In this document: piece by piece, positions 1-13,600 of the stretch
How positions within the stretch are numbered: position 1 is the first letter of the stretch
How the letters are laid out: the number at the start of each line of letters is the position of its first letter
Origin: Podarcis bocagei
Taxonomy: Eukaryota
Length of the DNA stretch: 64,000 bases
Strand: one strand, 5' to 3'
Assembly: GCA_964188305.1 (NCBI GenBank)
Contig: OZ076886.1
The notes under the pieces: model-generated
Told to the model about the DNA's origin: nothing
The model's input: the letters and a program-made list of their open reading frames with translations, nothing else
Databases searched by the model: none
Position numbers and translations under genes: made by a program

Positions 1-800
1 TACATAAATGTGGTCTTTTTAAAGGGGGAAGTATAAATACCTAGAGACACACAGATTGTGAATGTGTGATAGTCCATTCTTTGAAACCTCATCTTAAAAA
101 ATAAAACCCTTCTGCCTAACAAAAATTATTTCCTCTGCGTAAGAAACTTCCAATATATTTGAAATTTTCTCTCAATAGCATACAACAACCTATTAGATCT
201 GGTTAGGTGCATTTTGAGCTCTTTTGTAGTACCCTTTTCAAAGCCTGCTTAAAATGTGAAGAATGCCTTACCAGTGAAAAAAGCCACCGTTAATATACAG
301 GCATTGCCTCAGCCAAAAGCAATGGGTTTTTTTTTTAGCTGAATAACAGGAAGGAAATCTCGGCGGGCTGGGGCAAGATTTTCAGTAAGAGACATTGTGG
401 AGCGACTGAGCTCTAAAGGGATTCTGAGGATCTGACTGAGACATTATTTTCAAGAGAACCAGCTATATTGAAGTGGAATAAACACAAAACTTAAAAACCC
501 CAGAAAGCCTGGCAAATTTAAGGAGGGCCTTGGTTCCCTAACCATATGACTGTGCTACTGCTACTTCTTTGTCAAAATGTCCCTTACATGCCCCATCTGA
601 AGCCCTTGCTTATTAGCCTTTGTAGATGAAGATGCTTTCTTTGTAGTTGCCCTAGCTTTGTTCCTTTGCAATGTTTTTCACCTTGCAAACATCTTTTCCC
701 AGAGGACCATCGTTCTCTGGTTTATCCTGACTGGATGTACAACCGTAGCCCCAGGAAATACGCAACAACCATTGCTAATTGCAAACAGCCCCGCTTTTAC

Positions 801-3800
801 CTCACAGATGCAAGTTCCGTTCTGTGCTGAACCTTCCAAACAAGTCCCCCGACCACTGCATACGTTTCCAGATCCAACAGGGCATTCTGGAAAACAAAAA
901 CACAGTTGCAGACCAGTTTCAGTTACTAAAATCAGTGTTGGTTTCTCCTCACACCCACCCCTGTATTATCTAGAGTTATCATATTTCAAAAAGTGAAAAC
1001 CAGGTCACCCCCCCCCCCAAAAAAAAGTTGTTGAGCTTTTATAAAAACGCCCAAAAAACCATGATTTTTCGGTTGACAATTCGGGGGGGGGGTGTCAGAA
1101 ATTTCCGCTGGATGTCAATTCTGCCTTTGAAATCCCAGAAACATCCAGATGTATGGCAGTCCTATTATTTACATTATTATGGAGCCTATTACTTATGGTA
1201 TACTATGGCCCGCACCCCACTTCTATTAAAGCAACTGAGTTCTTAAGCTTATTCAAACAACGTAGGCCAAGCTCTTCATAGTGAACTGGAATGGAGGGGA
1301 AGCCTCCACTCCTACAAGTACAAGGGTCTACCCAGGACCATTCTGGGCAGTGAGCAACTGTTCTTAAAGCTGTGTCTGGATAGGAGCGGAAAAGTAGGCC
1401 GCAGTGGAGCCTGAAGTGCAGCCCGCCCTGCTCTGCTCTGCCAACCTGGCAGCGTAGAAGGTCTGTCTGTCTGGCTCCCAGTTTTTGTAGTAGGTTGGAC
1501 CAATCCACAGTTTTCAGTCTACCCAGAGGGGCCAGTATTTTACACTCCTGTTCCCTTCTGTGTTTCAAGAGGGCTGGCAAAGCTTGAGCATACAGAGCCA
1601 GGTGCCTGCCCTAACCATGTTTCAAGCTCCAGCATCCCTGACTGGAATCTAATGCACTTAATTTAAAGCCTTACCGTAGCAAGCAGGACCCCAAAAACCA
1701 GGACAGCAGCGCTTCTCCTCAAATTCCTGCTTACATATTTGAGCACAACCAGGGAGTAAAAGAGTAGTCTCGCCTAGCTTGAGTGTATACCTGAAAGAGC
1801 AACGACAGCAGTCTGGCAGAGAAGAAAACAAGGGGTGCACTCAAAAACACCACTGGAGCAGCATCTAAATTTGTCCCCTGCCCCTGATGAACCCAGACAG
1901 TCAGCATCAAATCTCCCCCTCCTATTTGCATATAGCCCAACCCTGCATTATGCTTCTTTGTCATACTAGAGCTTGAAAAAAATGTTGTGGATTGGCTCTT
2001 TCAGTGGCAGTGAGCAGAAAGCTTCAGGGGAACAGCAAGCAATGGTTCGACATCATGTTACCCTGAAAATAAAATAAAAAAGAAAGAAAGAAAGAAAGAA
2101 AGAAAGAAGCAGCAAAGGCCTCACCTGCAGTTCTTCTGCCCATTGTTTCCAAGTAATTTTGACCACCTTTTTGGGCATGGCAGCCTGGAAGCCACGGTAC
2201 AAGAGGTACAAGGTGTTTCGCGTGTATATGTAAACTTCTGGTCACATCGCTTAGACTTTAACTGGAAAGTGGGAAGAGCATTCACCATTATTCTTAAGCA
2301 CGTTAACAGCACTGCAATATGGTAGCTATTAAATGAAACCGATTTTCAAGCACTGTCTTTCAGATTTCTCATCCCCAGTCTAGAAAAAGAGCCAACTGAT
2401 AGACTTGTGGGATCAACGCTGATTGAGCCATACAAAAGCTATGCAAATGAACCATTTATGAGGCACAATTTCCTCCCTTTTTTTGCACACGTGAATAGAA
2501 GCAGTTAGACAGATGCAGGCACACTTACCTATCTCTGCAACATTTCACCGAAAATAAAATGTGGTGCAACACACAGACTGCTTGTCCCTGCACTGTGACA
2601 CTTTATATGGTGCTTGCTTGTCAATGTGATCAGGCAGCAGCTATTATATCTCTGTCCTGAGATCACTAAAAGTCCACTGGCAATAGCAGCCCCCCCCCCC
2701 CGATTATCCACATGCAGGTGCTTTCATTCAGCCTGCAATCCTATACAGTTATCACTTTTGTGTCAGTAGTTCCATTGAGCTCAGTGGGGCCTACTTTGGA
2801 GTCGCATGTACAGGTTTGCACTGACAGATAGTTACACTGCAGCTGGGGATGCTAACTACGTGCTGTCCAAGGGCAGGCAGCAGAGCTCCAGCGCAATTAA
2901 AACACTTTGGGGTGGGGGTATTTGGAGTAGAGAAATCTGCTGAAGATGAAGATTTATCCTTTTCCCTGCCTGATGTTTCTCCACTTTCAATTACCCCCCC
3001 TCCACCCAAAGTGGCATTTAAAATTCAGGTTACCTCTTGCATAAAACTTTCAGACACCCACCCACCTGTGCCAGCAGTTTTTCCTGTCCAGATTACCCAC
3101 TCCCATGGCTGTACTTCTTTCAAGAAAAACATGCCAGGGGTCTCTCATACATGTTTGCCTATATAGCTTATTCCCAGGGGCTCTCCTTCGTGACAAAATG
3201 TAACTGTGCTAAGGAACGTAATCCTTTAGCACAGGCAAACCATCTTACTCGTTACGACCAAGCAGTTCAGTTTTCTATCTAGCTCAGCCATCTGTTTCCT
3301 ACAGTGACCAGCCAGAATATTATACCTCACTTTTCAACAAGTGCAAAGTCCAGGCAAACCTTCATATTCTTTTTTTTTTTTTTTGTACAATACACTGCAG
3401 AAATGTGCAAGTGTATAATTCAAGTGAAATCAAAGGAAGTATGTACGCCTAAGCAAAATACACATACCAGCCAGGGAGACCAAACTGTTCACCTTATTAA
3501 GTAAGTTTTCTGATTCTGGCAGTAGCCTATTTCAGAAATACACGATGTGTCATTGATTCATAACTTCAGGTAATACCTCAGCATTGGCTGATATAAACGG
3601 ACTGCAATACCTCTTCACAATATTCACCAAAAGTCAATGACGTGCCTATCTACCCCTCATGAATTTAAAACCCAATATTCAGATTGCGAGAGAAGCCTCA
3701 GGACTGAATACTGATATTTACAAAATCCCACAGATTGAAATGTTAGTGTACACAGGGAAGCCGCTTCTTTTGATTCACTGGAAATGGCTAGCCTTCTCTT

Positions 3801-5148
3801 TCTCTCATCATTTGCTGATCCGTAGCATGGCAGCTTCAGTTCTTGGGGTGATTATTGTTCAGGGATATAGAGAGGATGGAGTTATTGATTTGTTATCATT
3901 ATCAGCCACCTCGTGGTGATTCTTTTTTATTTTTTGAATGAGCTATGGTTTATTTTGAGTTGCATGTATAAAATCAATTTCCAGAAGTGTGTGATATGGA
4001 AAAAAAGGAAGTTTGTGAGGTTTTCACTTCACAATGGACAAGCTAAAGTCTATTCTGCCTACAGATAAGCATGCAAAGGTCCTTGATTCGTTTTTCCTAC
4101 TTACAGAAAAGACCAAATCATTATCAATTCCGATTCTTCTTGTTCTATGTACTCAATTTATTTTTCTCTCCACTATCGGTGCTGAGGCAAATGCCTTCCT
4201 GAATATGTCTCTCATTCATATCTATGTGCCCCTCAATTGCATCCAGAAGTCCCTTCCATGAATCGATGGGCTCCTTGTGTTTGTGGAAGGGACTCCAACC
4301 TAACAGGGTCCTGCTAGAAGACGAGGTGCATTTGTGTAGACAGTTTCCATCAATTCCCCTTGCAAATCCCCATTCATGCCATTTCCCATATGGTTACAGA
4401 GAGCTCCCCAACCATCTACAGCAGCTTTTAGGAGGTTGCAGGTAGACATGGGGAGCAATCTGCAAAAATTGCCTTCTCCTCCCTTCCATCCCAGGGAGCA
4501 TCCCATGAACTTAACCGTGCTCATGGCTAGTCTGGATCTAACCCTACTTATCAAACTATTTTTTCATACACAAGAATGCACACACACACAAACACTCAAG
4601 CAGTTGACACCAAGTTAAATAAATCTTAATCTACCATCTATCACGTTGTAATAAATTACATAGTCAGAACTGTACATGCAAATTTAATATAGTTTTTAAG
4701 GAAAGCATTTACCGTCTTAGAAGAGGCATTCTCACATGTGTGAGAAAGCAAGCACTGTCACAGAGAAGACTCTTTCTATCTGTGGCTGTGATTAATACAA
4801 ATTAAAAACAACCAACTTATTTTAAGAGCCAACTTAACTTGGGCCAGGCACTTTTTAAACTGAGTAATCGGCCATAGCCACAAAGCCTTATTACAGAGGT
4901 GATTTAATGGTTTCAAATATAAAACTTCACAGCAATATACTAGACATGCTGTTGTCTATTATTTCACTACAGGCTGATCCCAGGGAGTTCAACGGCGCTT
5001 GCTTCCAAGTAAGTGCCTATATAATAGCACCTTCTAATACCCAAGGCTGCTGCAGCAACAAACTTACCTGCTGGCTTTTCTCTTCAGCTGTAGAAATCAA
5101 GCATGCTGCATAGAATAAAAAGAAGAAGCCAGAAGTTTTCATGGCCAT
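801..5148 (-). CDS. STAB1: Stabilin-1, 5' part (exons 1-4; gene continues beyond the left edge)
   Basis: GT-AG exons with compatible phases: 5068-5148 (MAMKTSGFFFLFYAACLISTAEEKSQQ, signal-peptide-like), 2125-2261 (LKSKRCDQKFTYTRETPCTSC...KNCR), 1675-1790 (YTLKLGE...GCAQICKQEFEEKRCCPGFWGPACY), 801-886 (ECPVGSGNVCSGRGTCLEGSAQNGTCICE, EGF-like). The Cys pattern matches the stabilin N-terminus, and STAB1 lies directly downstream of NISCH in known vertebrate synteny. Confidence 0.92.
2078..2108. repeat. (AAAG)n microsatellite next to the STAB1 exon 2 donor
   Basis: Directly visible. Confidence 0.9.
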
Positions 5149-8100
5149 GCCTTGATTGAAAAGCCCCAGTGCTTAAAGGGAGATGTGGAAGATGCTGTTT
5201 CTTCAAGATAACACCGCCTACTAAGAATCAGATCCAAGAAAACCAGAAGTTAAACGTAAACAGAGAAAAAGCTTTCGCATGCTGCGAGTCTCTTATTCCA
5301 AAGTATACAAAAGCAGCATTGCTTTGACTGAGCATGAATTGTCAGTCAGCAGATATTTTAAAGTGGGGAGAAAGCAGAGGTACAAAAATGATCCTGAGGA
5401 GGAAAATGTTTGCTCAAAACAGAAACGTCTATGGATTTCCTCTCACATATCAGTTCAAAACAGAAGGAAGGAAATCCTTCGTTTTCAGCGGTATGGAAAG
5501 GAGTATGCTAATCATATTCTTGTGAAGTAAAGCTGAAGGCTGAACTAGATTGTATGTTGAATCAGATGGGAAATTAATATAGTATGATCAAATTGTTTTA
5601 GAGTTTTTGTGTTTTTACTGCCATTTAATAGGCTTCCACTGTTCAAAAAATAAAGAAACTACATGCCATATTTGAGAAATATTGGGGGGGGGGGTAATTT
5701 TAAAAATGTCTGAGATCATCTTCACAAAAATCTTATTAAGATAGTTGAGGCACTTTAAAGGGAAACTATTTCTAAGACATGTTAGTGACAGCTAGATTAA
5801 TCCCTTTAGTGTTTTCCCCAAATATATGGAGTAATAAAATATATGTTGTCTTGGGCCAGTTTTGAAATGGACCTTTCTGCCAAAGACACTACAGATACAG
5901 GCTCCCCCGACATTCAACTGACCTAATATATCTGAACCTCTTTTTAGTTGATTTCTACATAGAATATTCCTATCCCATCACAATTATAACATTGGAGAGA
6001 ACAATTGCAAAGCAAAATGGCTGAATTATGTTTTTAAATTATACAGTTAGAATGTACACCTCATGAACCAGGGTCCAAAAAGCCTCACAGCTAGTTCTGA
6101 ACACCCAAGGGGGCTACAGATGTGTTAATTGAACAGTAGCTCCTCTGTGAATGAATTTTAGAAGCAGTTTATGGAATACTGTGGGAGTCTACAAAAGAAA
6201 AGCAAATAGGTTTTTAAATTGTATTTAATTGGTTCCCCACCTTTTCTCCAGCATGGATCTCTAGGTATGATACATGCCTAGAGTTCTCAGATCTGCCATT
6301 TGGACACTGACCAGACTAGTTTCCAAGCATCATCATGTACATTTCAACCATGCTCTGGGACCATTAGTGTTAGATCATTAGTGGTATACCTGTGGCCCTC
6401 CAGATAATGGAGTCCAACTCCAACCCCAACCAGCATGGTCAATGGTCAGAGATGACCAGAGTTGGAAAACCAACATCTGAGAGGTCACAAGTTCCTTGCC
6501 ACTGCTTTAGATTTCAGCCTTCATTTTATATGTTAGTATATTCACTTCAACAGCCTATTTAATACTTAATACAATTCAACAGCATGGATGGAAACCTATG
6601 GCCCTCCACAACTTTCATCATCCCTGACCATGCTGGATGGGGCTGATGGAAGGTAGGAGATAACATCTGGATCACACATTCCCACCCCAGCTTCACATAT
6701 ACACAAACTTGCATAGGGCAGTACGTCAACCGATAAAGCCATATTTGTTGTAGTGAATCTTCTAGTGTGATCCCTGAATTTAAATAATTAACAGACCTAA
6801 ACTGCCTACTGTATATCCACAAAAATGTATAGTGCAGGCACTTCTCTCATCTTCCAACAGTGGAAACAGTACAGGAGTGGCATTATATATTTTACAGTAA
6901 CAACAAAGTGTACTATCTACGGCCTGTATAAATTCTATGAACCCAGGTCTCATTGCTGCCACCTTGGTCAAAGATGTCCTTTAATATTTATGACAAATGG
7001 CAGTATCTCGTCATTCTTTGCACAGCAGAGCAGGGGGTTGACAAGAATGGATTGAGATATGCAGGAAACGCAACAGAGAAGAGAGTCAACTTTGCACACA
7101 TAGCTGGAATGTTGTTTGATACTGCCACCACCACAGTATTTCCACAGCCCAAGACAAGCCGCTGGTTCAATGTTAGTGGCTTGTCTCTTCAGCAGTGGTG
7201 GTGTAGAAACAGAAACAAAGCTCTGGCTTCAGGCACTGTTTATCCCCCCCCCCCGCCCCTGCGTGTGTAGTTGTTGGATCTTGGTCCTCTCCCTCCTTCA
7301 TACACAACAGCACTTTCCTTTTTCAAGTACTTGGAGAAAGCGCCGGGCTAGTAAACCATTATTTTGTGAAGTATTTGCAATCTCCAATTAGCTTTGGCAG
7401 TTTCCTGCAATTGAAACCTTGTGTTTATGTAGTCTTGACAAAAATTAAAGACTGCCAAGACTTAAGGTATACCATAAAACGTACATTATCCTGTGGGGGT
7501 TTTCTGAGGTCTACAAATTCCTAAGGTCAGCTGAGAAAGATTGTTAAAATCCCGTATTTTAAATTTGAGGAAACATTTCTATTCAGTTCATAATAGTCTG
7601 ATTGCATAAGTTATCTGAGGCAGGGAGAGAGAAAAGGATATAATTAAGAATAAACCAACTAAATTATAGCTCAGCTTCATTAGCGAAAAAGAGAACCTTG
7701 TGAGGAAGGTTATTGTGTGAACGACTGCATGTGACTTTGAGCTCTTGAGCCAGTAGAGTCAGAACTCATCTAGGACAGCAAACCTCTAAAAGGGTATGCT
7801 TTGTGCTTGAGAGAGAAGTCCAGCTCTCCATTCTTTTAACCTATTACCAAGCGTTGTAGGGAGAAGTGATCCTTTCAAGTAGTTGAAAAGCACTGAAAGT
7901 ACTAACACTATACAGCACTGGCAAGTGGCTTGGCATAACATGGACAGTATTCACTGATACCCTGTACTCCATTGTTCCCGAGTTCCAGTAAACTCATTCA
8001 GGGCCACCCAAAGGCTGCACTTGTGGAACTAAAGATGTTGAATTCTGTCGTGGATATCATTCTATTCTCTGTGGGCCGAAGAGCTGCTAACCTCATCTGG

Positions 8101-8621
8101 AGATTTGTGATTATGGTATATAAAAGAAGGAATTATATGATAACTTGCATCTGAGCTAGAAATACTTCATCCCCTAGAATTCAAGTGTGCTAGAAACAAC
8201 TGGCCAGTTTCCTGCTATCTAGAGTGGAAGAGTTCCCCCCACTCCCAAATTCTATTTAATTATATCATGGGAGATCCGAAATAATGTTAGCACAAGAACT
8301 TTTAGAGAACTGTCATTGCACAAGTGGTAGTGTGCAAGCTTAATTATCAGAGTATAATCATAACAGCAGTTGTGCCATGTGTTGCACAACCTTTCAGAAT
8401 TGCAAGACACTTGTATTTAGCTGTTGCACTATCCTAAGAATGATGGCAGTGGAATGGCTGTTGTGCAAGGTCGCTACAACTGGGTATCAACTATTCTTTT
8501 TGTAAGCAATATTTCAAGATTTACTTTTGGAAAAGTTCTACATTCCTCTCCACACAAAATAAAAGAGAGTTTAATGAACACTTAAGCAGTTAGTTGTCCC
8601 TAATGTTGCCCATTTCAACTA

Positions 8622-8854
8622 CAGTGGTACCTCGGGTTACAGATGCTTCAGGTTACAGACACTTCAGATTACAGACTCCGCTAACCCAGAAATAGTACCT
8701 CAGGTTAAGGTACCTCAGGTTCAGGATGAGAACAGAAATCGTGTGGCAGCAGCGCGAGGCCTCATTAGCTAAAGTGATGCCTCAGGTTAAGAACAGTTTC
8801 AGGTAAAGAACGAACCTCCAGAACAAATTAAGTTCTTAACCCGAGATACCACTT
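8622..8854 (+). mobile_element. Tc1/mariner-type MITE, family A (degraded right end)
   Basis: Begins TA|CAGTGGTACCTCGGGTTA; internal sequence shared with the copies at 14168, 45377 and 49675. Confidence 0.8.
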
Positions 8855-10036
8855 AACTATAATTTCACTCGAGGGAACATTTCCCTTCTTTTATTTCCCA
8901 TTATGAAATATGTGCCTAATAATGTTTGGCATAATTAGTATATCTGCCAGAGATGCAAGAGAAAGGTGGATACCAAAGGAATCATTCTGATCTTGAAAGA
9001 ATGCAAATTGGCGAAGTCCAAGCATTTTGCAATGGGTTTTTATTGTGTATGCCAGATAGACAAAATAATCAGTCCCTTTTATGAAAGCTTCCCCTGGAAG
9101 AAACTGCCCATGACTTGGATTATTTGATATGATGGTCTCTTCAGAAATTTTCCTTTTCCTTTGAGGCTTCCTACACAGGGCTAAAGGCTTATTAGAAAGA
9201 CAAATGCACAACTGACCTGCACTGTGAGCAAAATCATGGAAAGTCAGAAACACAAATTTTGGTTTATTTGTATTGAGAAACTTGGCAACAGAAAAACCAC
9301 AGTGCTCTGAACTACAAGTACCCTTTGATTTGTTGGCAACAGGGCAATTATTGTCAATCATGGCCAACCTTTGTCTGCATTAGTGAACTGAAATTGATAA
9401 CTTTTCTCAACTGTTTTAAAGTGTCCATCGGATGTAACAGTAACTTTCAGTTATAGGTGAATTCTTCCATCATGTTCATGATTAGCAAACAAAATTAAAT
9501 TTGACACATCATAAAAGAATGAAATGTAAAAATTATAAGGATTATTAAATAATTGTTAGCAGCATAGGCAATAAAATACATCTTGAACAAAGAACATTGC
9601 ACTTTGACATAGCTCAAGCATTTTTAGTTACCATTATTTACATATCTTGTATAGAAGAGCAAGACTGATATATATGTACAAAAACCACAGTGGAAACATA
9701 ACAGTCCTAATGTAAGTATGCCAAGTATTGACTCCTTTTGTTCCATACAGTTGCCTGGGATGCTTAAGAAGGAATCTGAATGTGTACTGTTACATAAAAA
9801 TATAGTTTAGAAAATTCCAGTTTTAATGTTTTAGCAGATTGGTTGTACTATTAAAACCTTTTCACTGCACAAGGAACTATAACAGCAACACACAGCAAAC
9901 TTCAATGTAATATCATGTTGCTGTGAAGAGAGTGCCAATCCCTGCTTAAGTCAATCAATGCTGTGCTTTAAGTCATAGTCTTCGGGCCTGGTCTCTATCA
10001 GCTCTGCAGTAACTAAAATATTTGAAAAAAATAAAA

Positions 10037-10665
10037 CTACCCAGTGAGCTCCAAAGGTAGCTCTCGACCACATAAGATCTCCCACTGCCTAGCAAGGAGA
10101 GATATTAGTTTCTCGCGGCTTTCTGGACTTGGGATGAAGACACACCACAGGACCTCTCGACTGCTGCTGCCTTCCTGGGTGACCTGTCCTTTAGGAAAAC
10201 TGAGGACATTGTCAAAGTGATCAAGGGTCAGGTTCTGCATGAGATCTTGATTCTGAATGTCATCAAAAACAAACGTGAGCGCCTGCGGATACGTCTGATA
10301 TCCCATGAGCACTCTGTCTAAATCACGGATCCTTCTTCCATCTGCAAGTTGATACTTGTCTTTCTTTGGCGGTTCTTTAGCAAATTCAGGAAGTGGATAA
10401 CTGATGTAATCCTCATTGAAAAGAAACATATCCGAGCTAGTTAAGATCAGCGTTTTAGGTTGAAGTGAGCTGTTGGATTGAGCAGTCCCTTCTGTAGCAT
10501 TCACTTGAAACACTAGCACATAGAGAAGTATATTCAGAGACTGGAAGTTAATCACACAGTTCATCTTCTCTGCTACTAGAAAGGCAAGGTCCCCAATTTC
10601 TTCTTCATTGGGATATATGAACTTCACTCTACTAGAATGAATCAGTTCATAATTCTCCATTTTCC
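10037..10665 (-). CDS. NISCH: NISCH terminal coding exon 21
   Basis: Acceptor tacag|GG, then [16 protein letters not shown]...ELPLELTG and a TAG stop at 10037-10039. Confidence 0.95.
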
Positions 10666-13600
10666 CTGTAAGCAGAAATACACAATTTATAGTCTGCACT
10701 TATTAAAATAATTCTACCAAGGAAGCAACTAAAAAGTTAGGCTAAAACTCACACAGCATGTTTTTATCTGTAATATTAACAGCAGGCTTTCAAACTGAAG
10801 CTTGGAGTGATAAGTGGATACTCTGGCAAATATTAAAATAGGCAGCAGTGAACTAGAAGTCACTGATTCAAATCTCACCTCTGCCATGCATTCATTAGAT
10901 GTCTTAGGCAAGTCATTCCCTCTCAGCCTCAGTCCCCCACATGTAATATGATGGTAATCACATCAAGCAGGCCAGTACTATTTTAAGGATCATTGAAATA
11001 ATGTATGCGAAGCACTTTGAACATACTAAATTACATCACTTTTAAATATTGCAGTTTAGTCCCTGCCCCTTTTTTCAAGATGCTTAGGGTAGTATACATG
11101 GTGATTCCCTTGCTCACTGTATCCTCATAGCAAGTCTGTGAGGTTAGACTGAAAGGTAGCAACTGGTTCAAGGCCACCCAGTGTGAGCTTCATGGCTGAG
11201 TGGGGATCTGATTTACAATTTTCCCAGGCCTAGTCAGACAAACTAAGCACACCGGCTCATGCTAAGCATCAATAAATTGTATATAACACTTTTTGAAAGA
11301 AGTTAACTGCTGATGGTAAACATTTTTGTTGGCCTAACTTTTCAACTTCCTCTTTCATTCTTGGAATTTACTCAGGAGGGGGTGCGGAAGAGTGCTAAAA
11401 ATGCAGTTGTCAGCATAATCCCATATACTCCCCTCTACCCCAGTATTTTTTGTGCTTTTCAGTTAAGTTCTATACTTGTTTAGCATTGCCAGAAACACTA
11501 TTCATACCCTCTACACATGCAAAGAAATCACATGGTGCAGGAGTCATGGGATTGTACTACTTCAGCCAGCAGGTGGGGGAAAGCTTCTTGCACATAGAAA
11601 AGTACTGCGTCAGAAGACTGGAATCCTTCCATCCTGTTAATTTTGTATATGTAATAAGTTGGGCTTTTTGCATGGCAGGGACGGAGAAAGAGGAAAATCT
11701 AAATGGGTACAGTGTTTAGATCAGCAAAAAGAAAAAGAAAACTCAGACAATTAAGGCTATTCATTTCCATCTGCTTTTGCATCTTCCCTTCTCTAATCCT
11801 CCAGACTCTTACCCAATCACAATTTATTTTCCTAAATCCTTAGAACAGGATTGCTACAAATGTTCTTCACCATGAGCTTAAATTTTGCTACCCCGACCCC
11901 CATTCTCTCAGTGACTCACATTAGAGGTAATTTTATGTACATGATGTACTGATGGGTGGAATACCCTTTTGTAGTTTAACATTAATACACCCGTATCTGT
12001 TCTTTTTAACTCTATTTTCATTCAGGTAAAGGAAAAGATTGACAACCAGTGCTTAATGAATACACCTGTTTAGGCTGAACTTCCATACTGATTTCAGCGT
12101 CACTGACTGCATTGCCCAAAGGATTCCCAGCTGAATTCTGATTTACTATAAGACAGGGATGATGTAACCAACAGGACAAATGGCTTAATATGTGGCAGGA
12201 GGTTGAGTTCTGAACCGGATTTTACAGTGAAGAACTAAATAGTTTGAATATTATTCACACTGGATTTTCAAAATTCAGATTTTCATGCTGCAATTGCTTG
12301 GATTTCATAGAATCATAGAGTTGGAAGAGACCACAAGGGCCATCGAGTCCAACCCCCTGCCAAGCAAATTAGGGACAAATTAAAACTGTATTGCGAAAGA
12401 AGGAAAGCTTTGTCAAAGCTACTGCTATGTAGGCATGCCAAGAGTTCAATCCCCTGGCTAAACAATTTGTGTCAATCTGAAGTCACCCCAGACTTACTGA
12501 GGAGCATCTGGCAGCTCTTTCTTCTCCAAGTCCACTGCACTCAGGCTACTCTCAGGAAAAGGAAGGGTACAACTGCATGCAAGAACTTGGGAAAGTACAA
12601 GCTGCCAGACCTCTCTAGGTAAGGAAAAGCGGGCCTGAAGTGAACCTGCCTACACATGTCAGAATACACTAGCTACCAAATGTAATGGCTTCACAGAAGA
12701 TTGAAAGCTTAGAATGGGCCTGTCTGCGGGAATTGTTCCACATTTGCCACACTTCATATTCAGGACTACAGCCTATATGTGTATACTTGAAAACCAGCAC
12801 CACTGAGTTCAAAGGGACTTACTCCCTAGTAATTGTGCATGGATTGAAGCCTGAGCCTACAATTCTAATAAAAGCTGCAGGTGTTTGCCTCCTTTTACAC
12901 ATATTTTTTTAACAAAGATCTATGAAATTTACTGATAAAGAGTTGTCTTCTCCTTGGTCTCAAATTACAAGTTCCATTATTGGCCAAATAATGTGCTAAA
13001 ACACACTGCATTTTCCTTAAAAGGAAGCATCTTAACACATATAATGCATATTGCATACTCTAGAACAGTATGGCAAAATATTCCTATTAAGTGAAACGTT
13101 TCCAAAAAAAATTACCTGTATTTTTCTTTCCAAATTCAGAGTAGAAGTCTTTGTCCACTGGCTCTGGGGATGGTGTCCTTGCCAGTAGTGAGAGCACTGC
13201 CATAAGGTGTTGAATAAAAGCATGAGTGCTATAACTGTCTCTGGTTAGACAAGTTAATATATGTTCAGCTGAACGCCCTGAAAACAAGACAGAATCAAAT
13301 GTGCTTCAAGTCCTATTACAATTTTGCAACATTTTGTGTAGGTTTCTTTCTGTTTAACAGAGGCTATATATAGTCTACTGGGCCAAATCTTAGGTTTTTA
13401 TTAGCAGGGTTTGTCTGTTTCCTTCCTAAACACTCAATACCAAACTTCTGATGAGCACTGCCCCACTGTACAGGCAATACAGCAACAATTCTTTGAAAAT
13501 CACACTTTTACCGGCAAGATGTCTCTACTAAAACTAGACATTTTCAGTAAAATGCACCAGTGTTTGAAAATGTGCAGAACTTTAGCTGTGCCAGTGCTAA

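Noticed and set aside
1-800. STAB1 exon 5
   Set aside because: No Cys-patterned exon with suitable splice sites was identified; it probably lies outside the window.
8891-9367. 158-aa minus-strand ORF downstream of NISCH
   Set aside because: Lies in the probable 3' UTR or intergenic region, with no recognisable homology or splice context.
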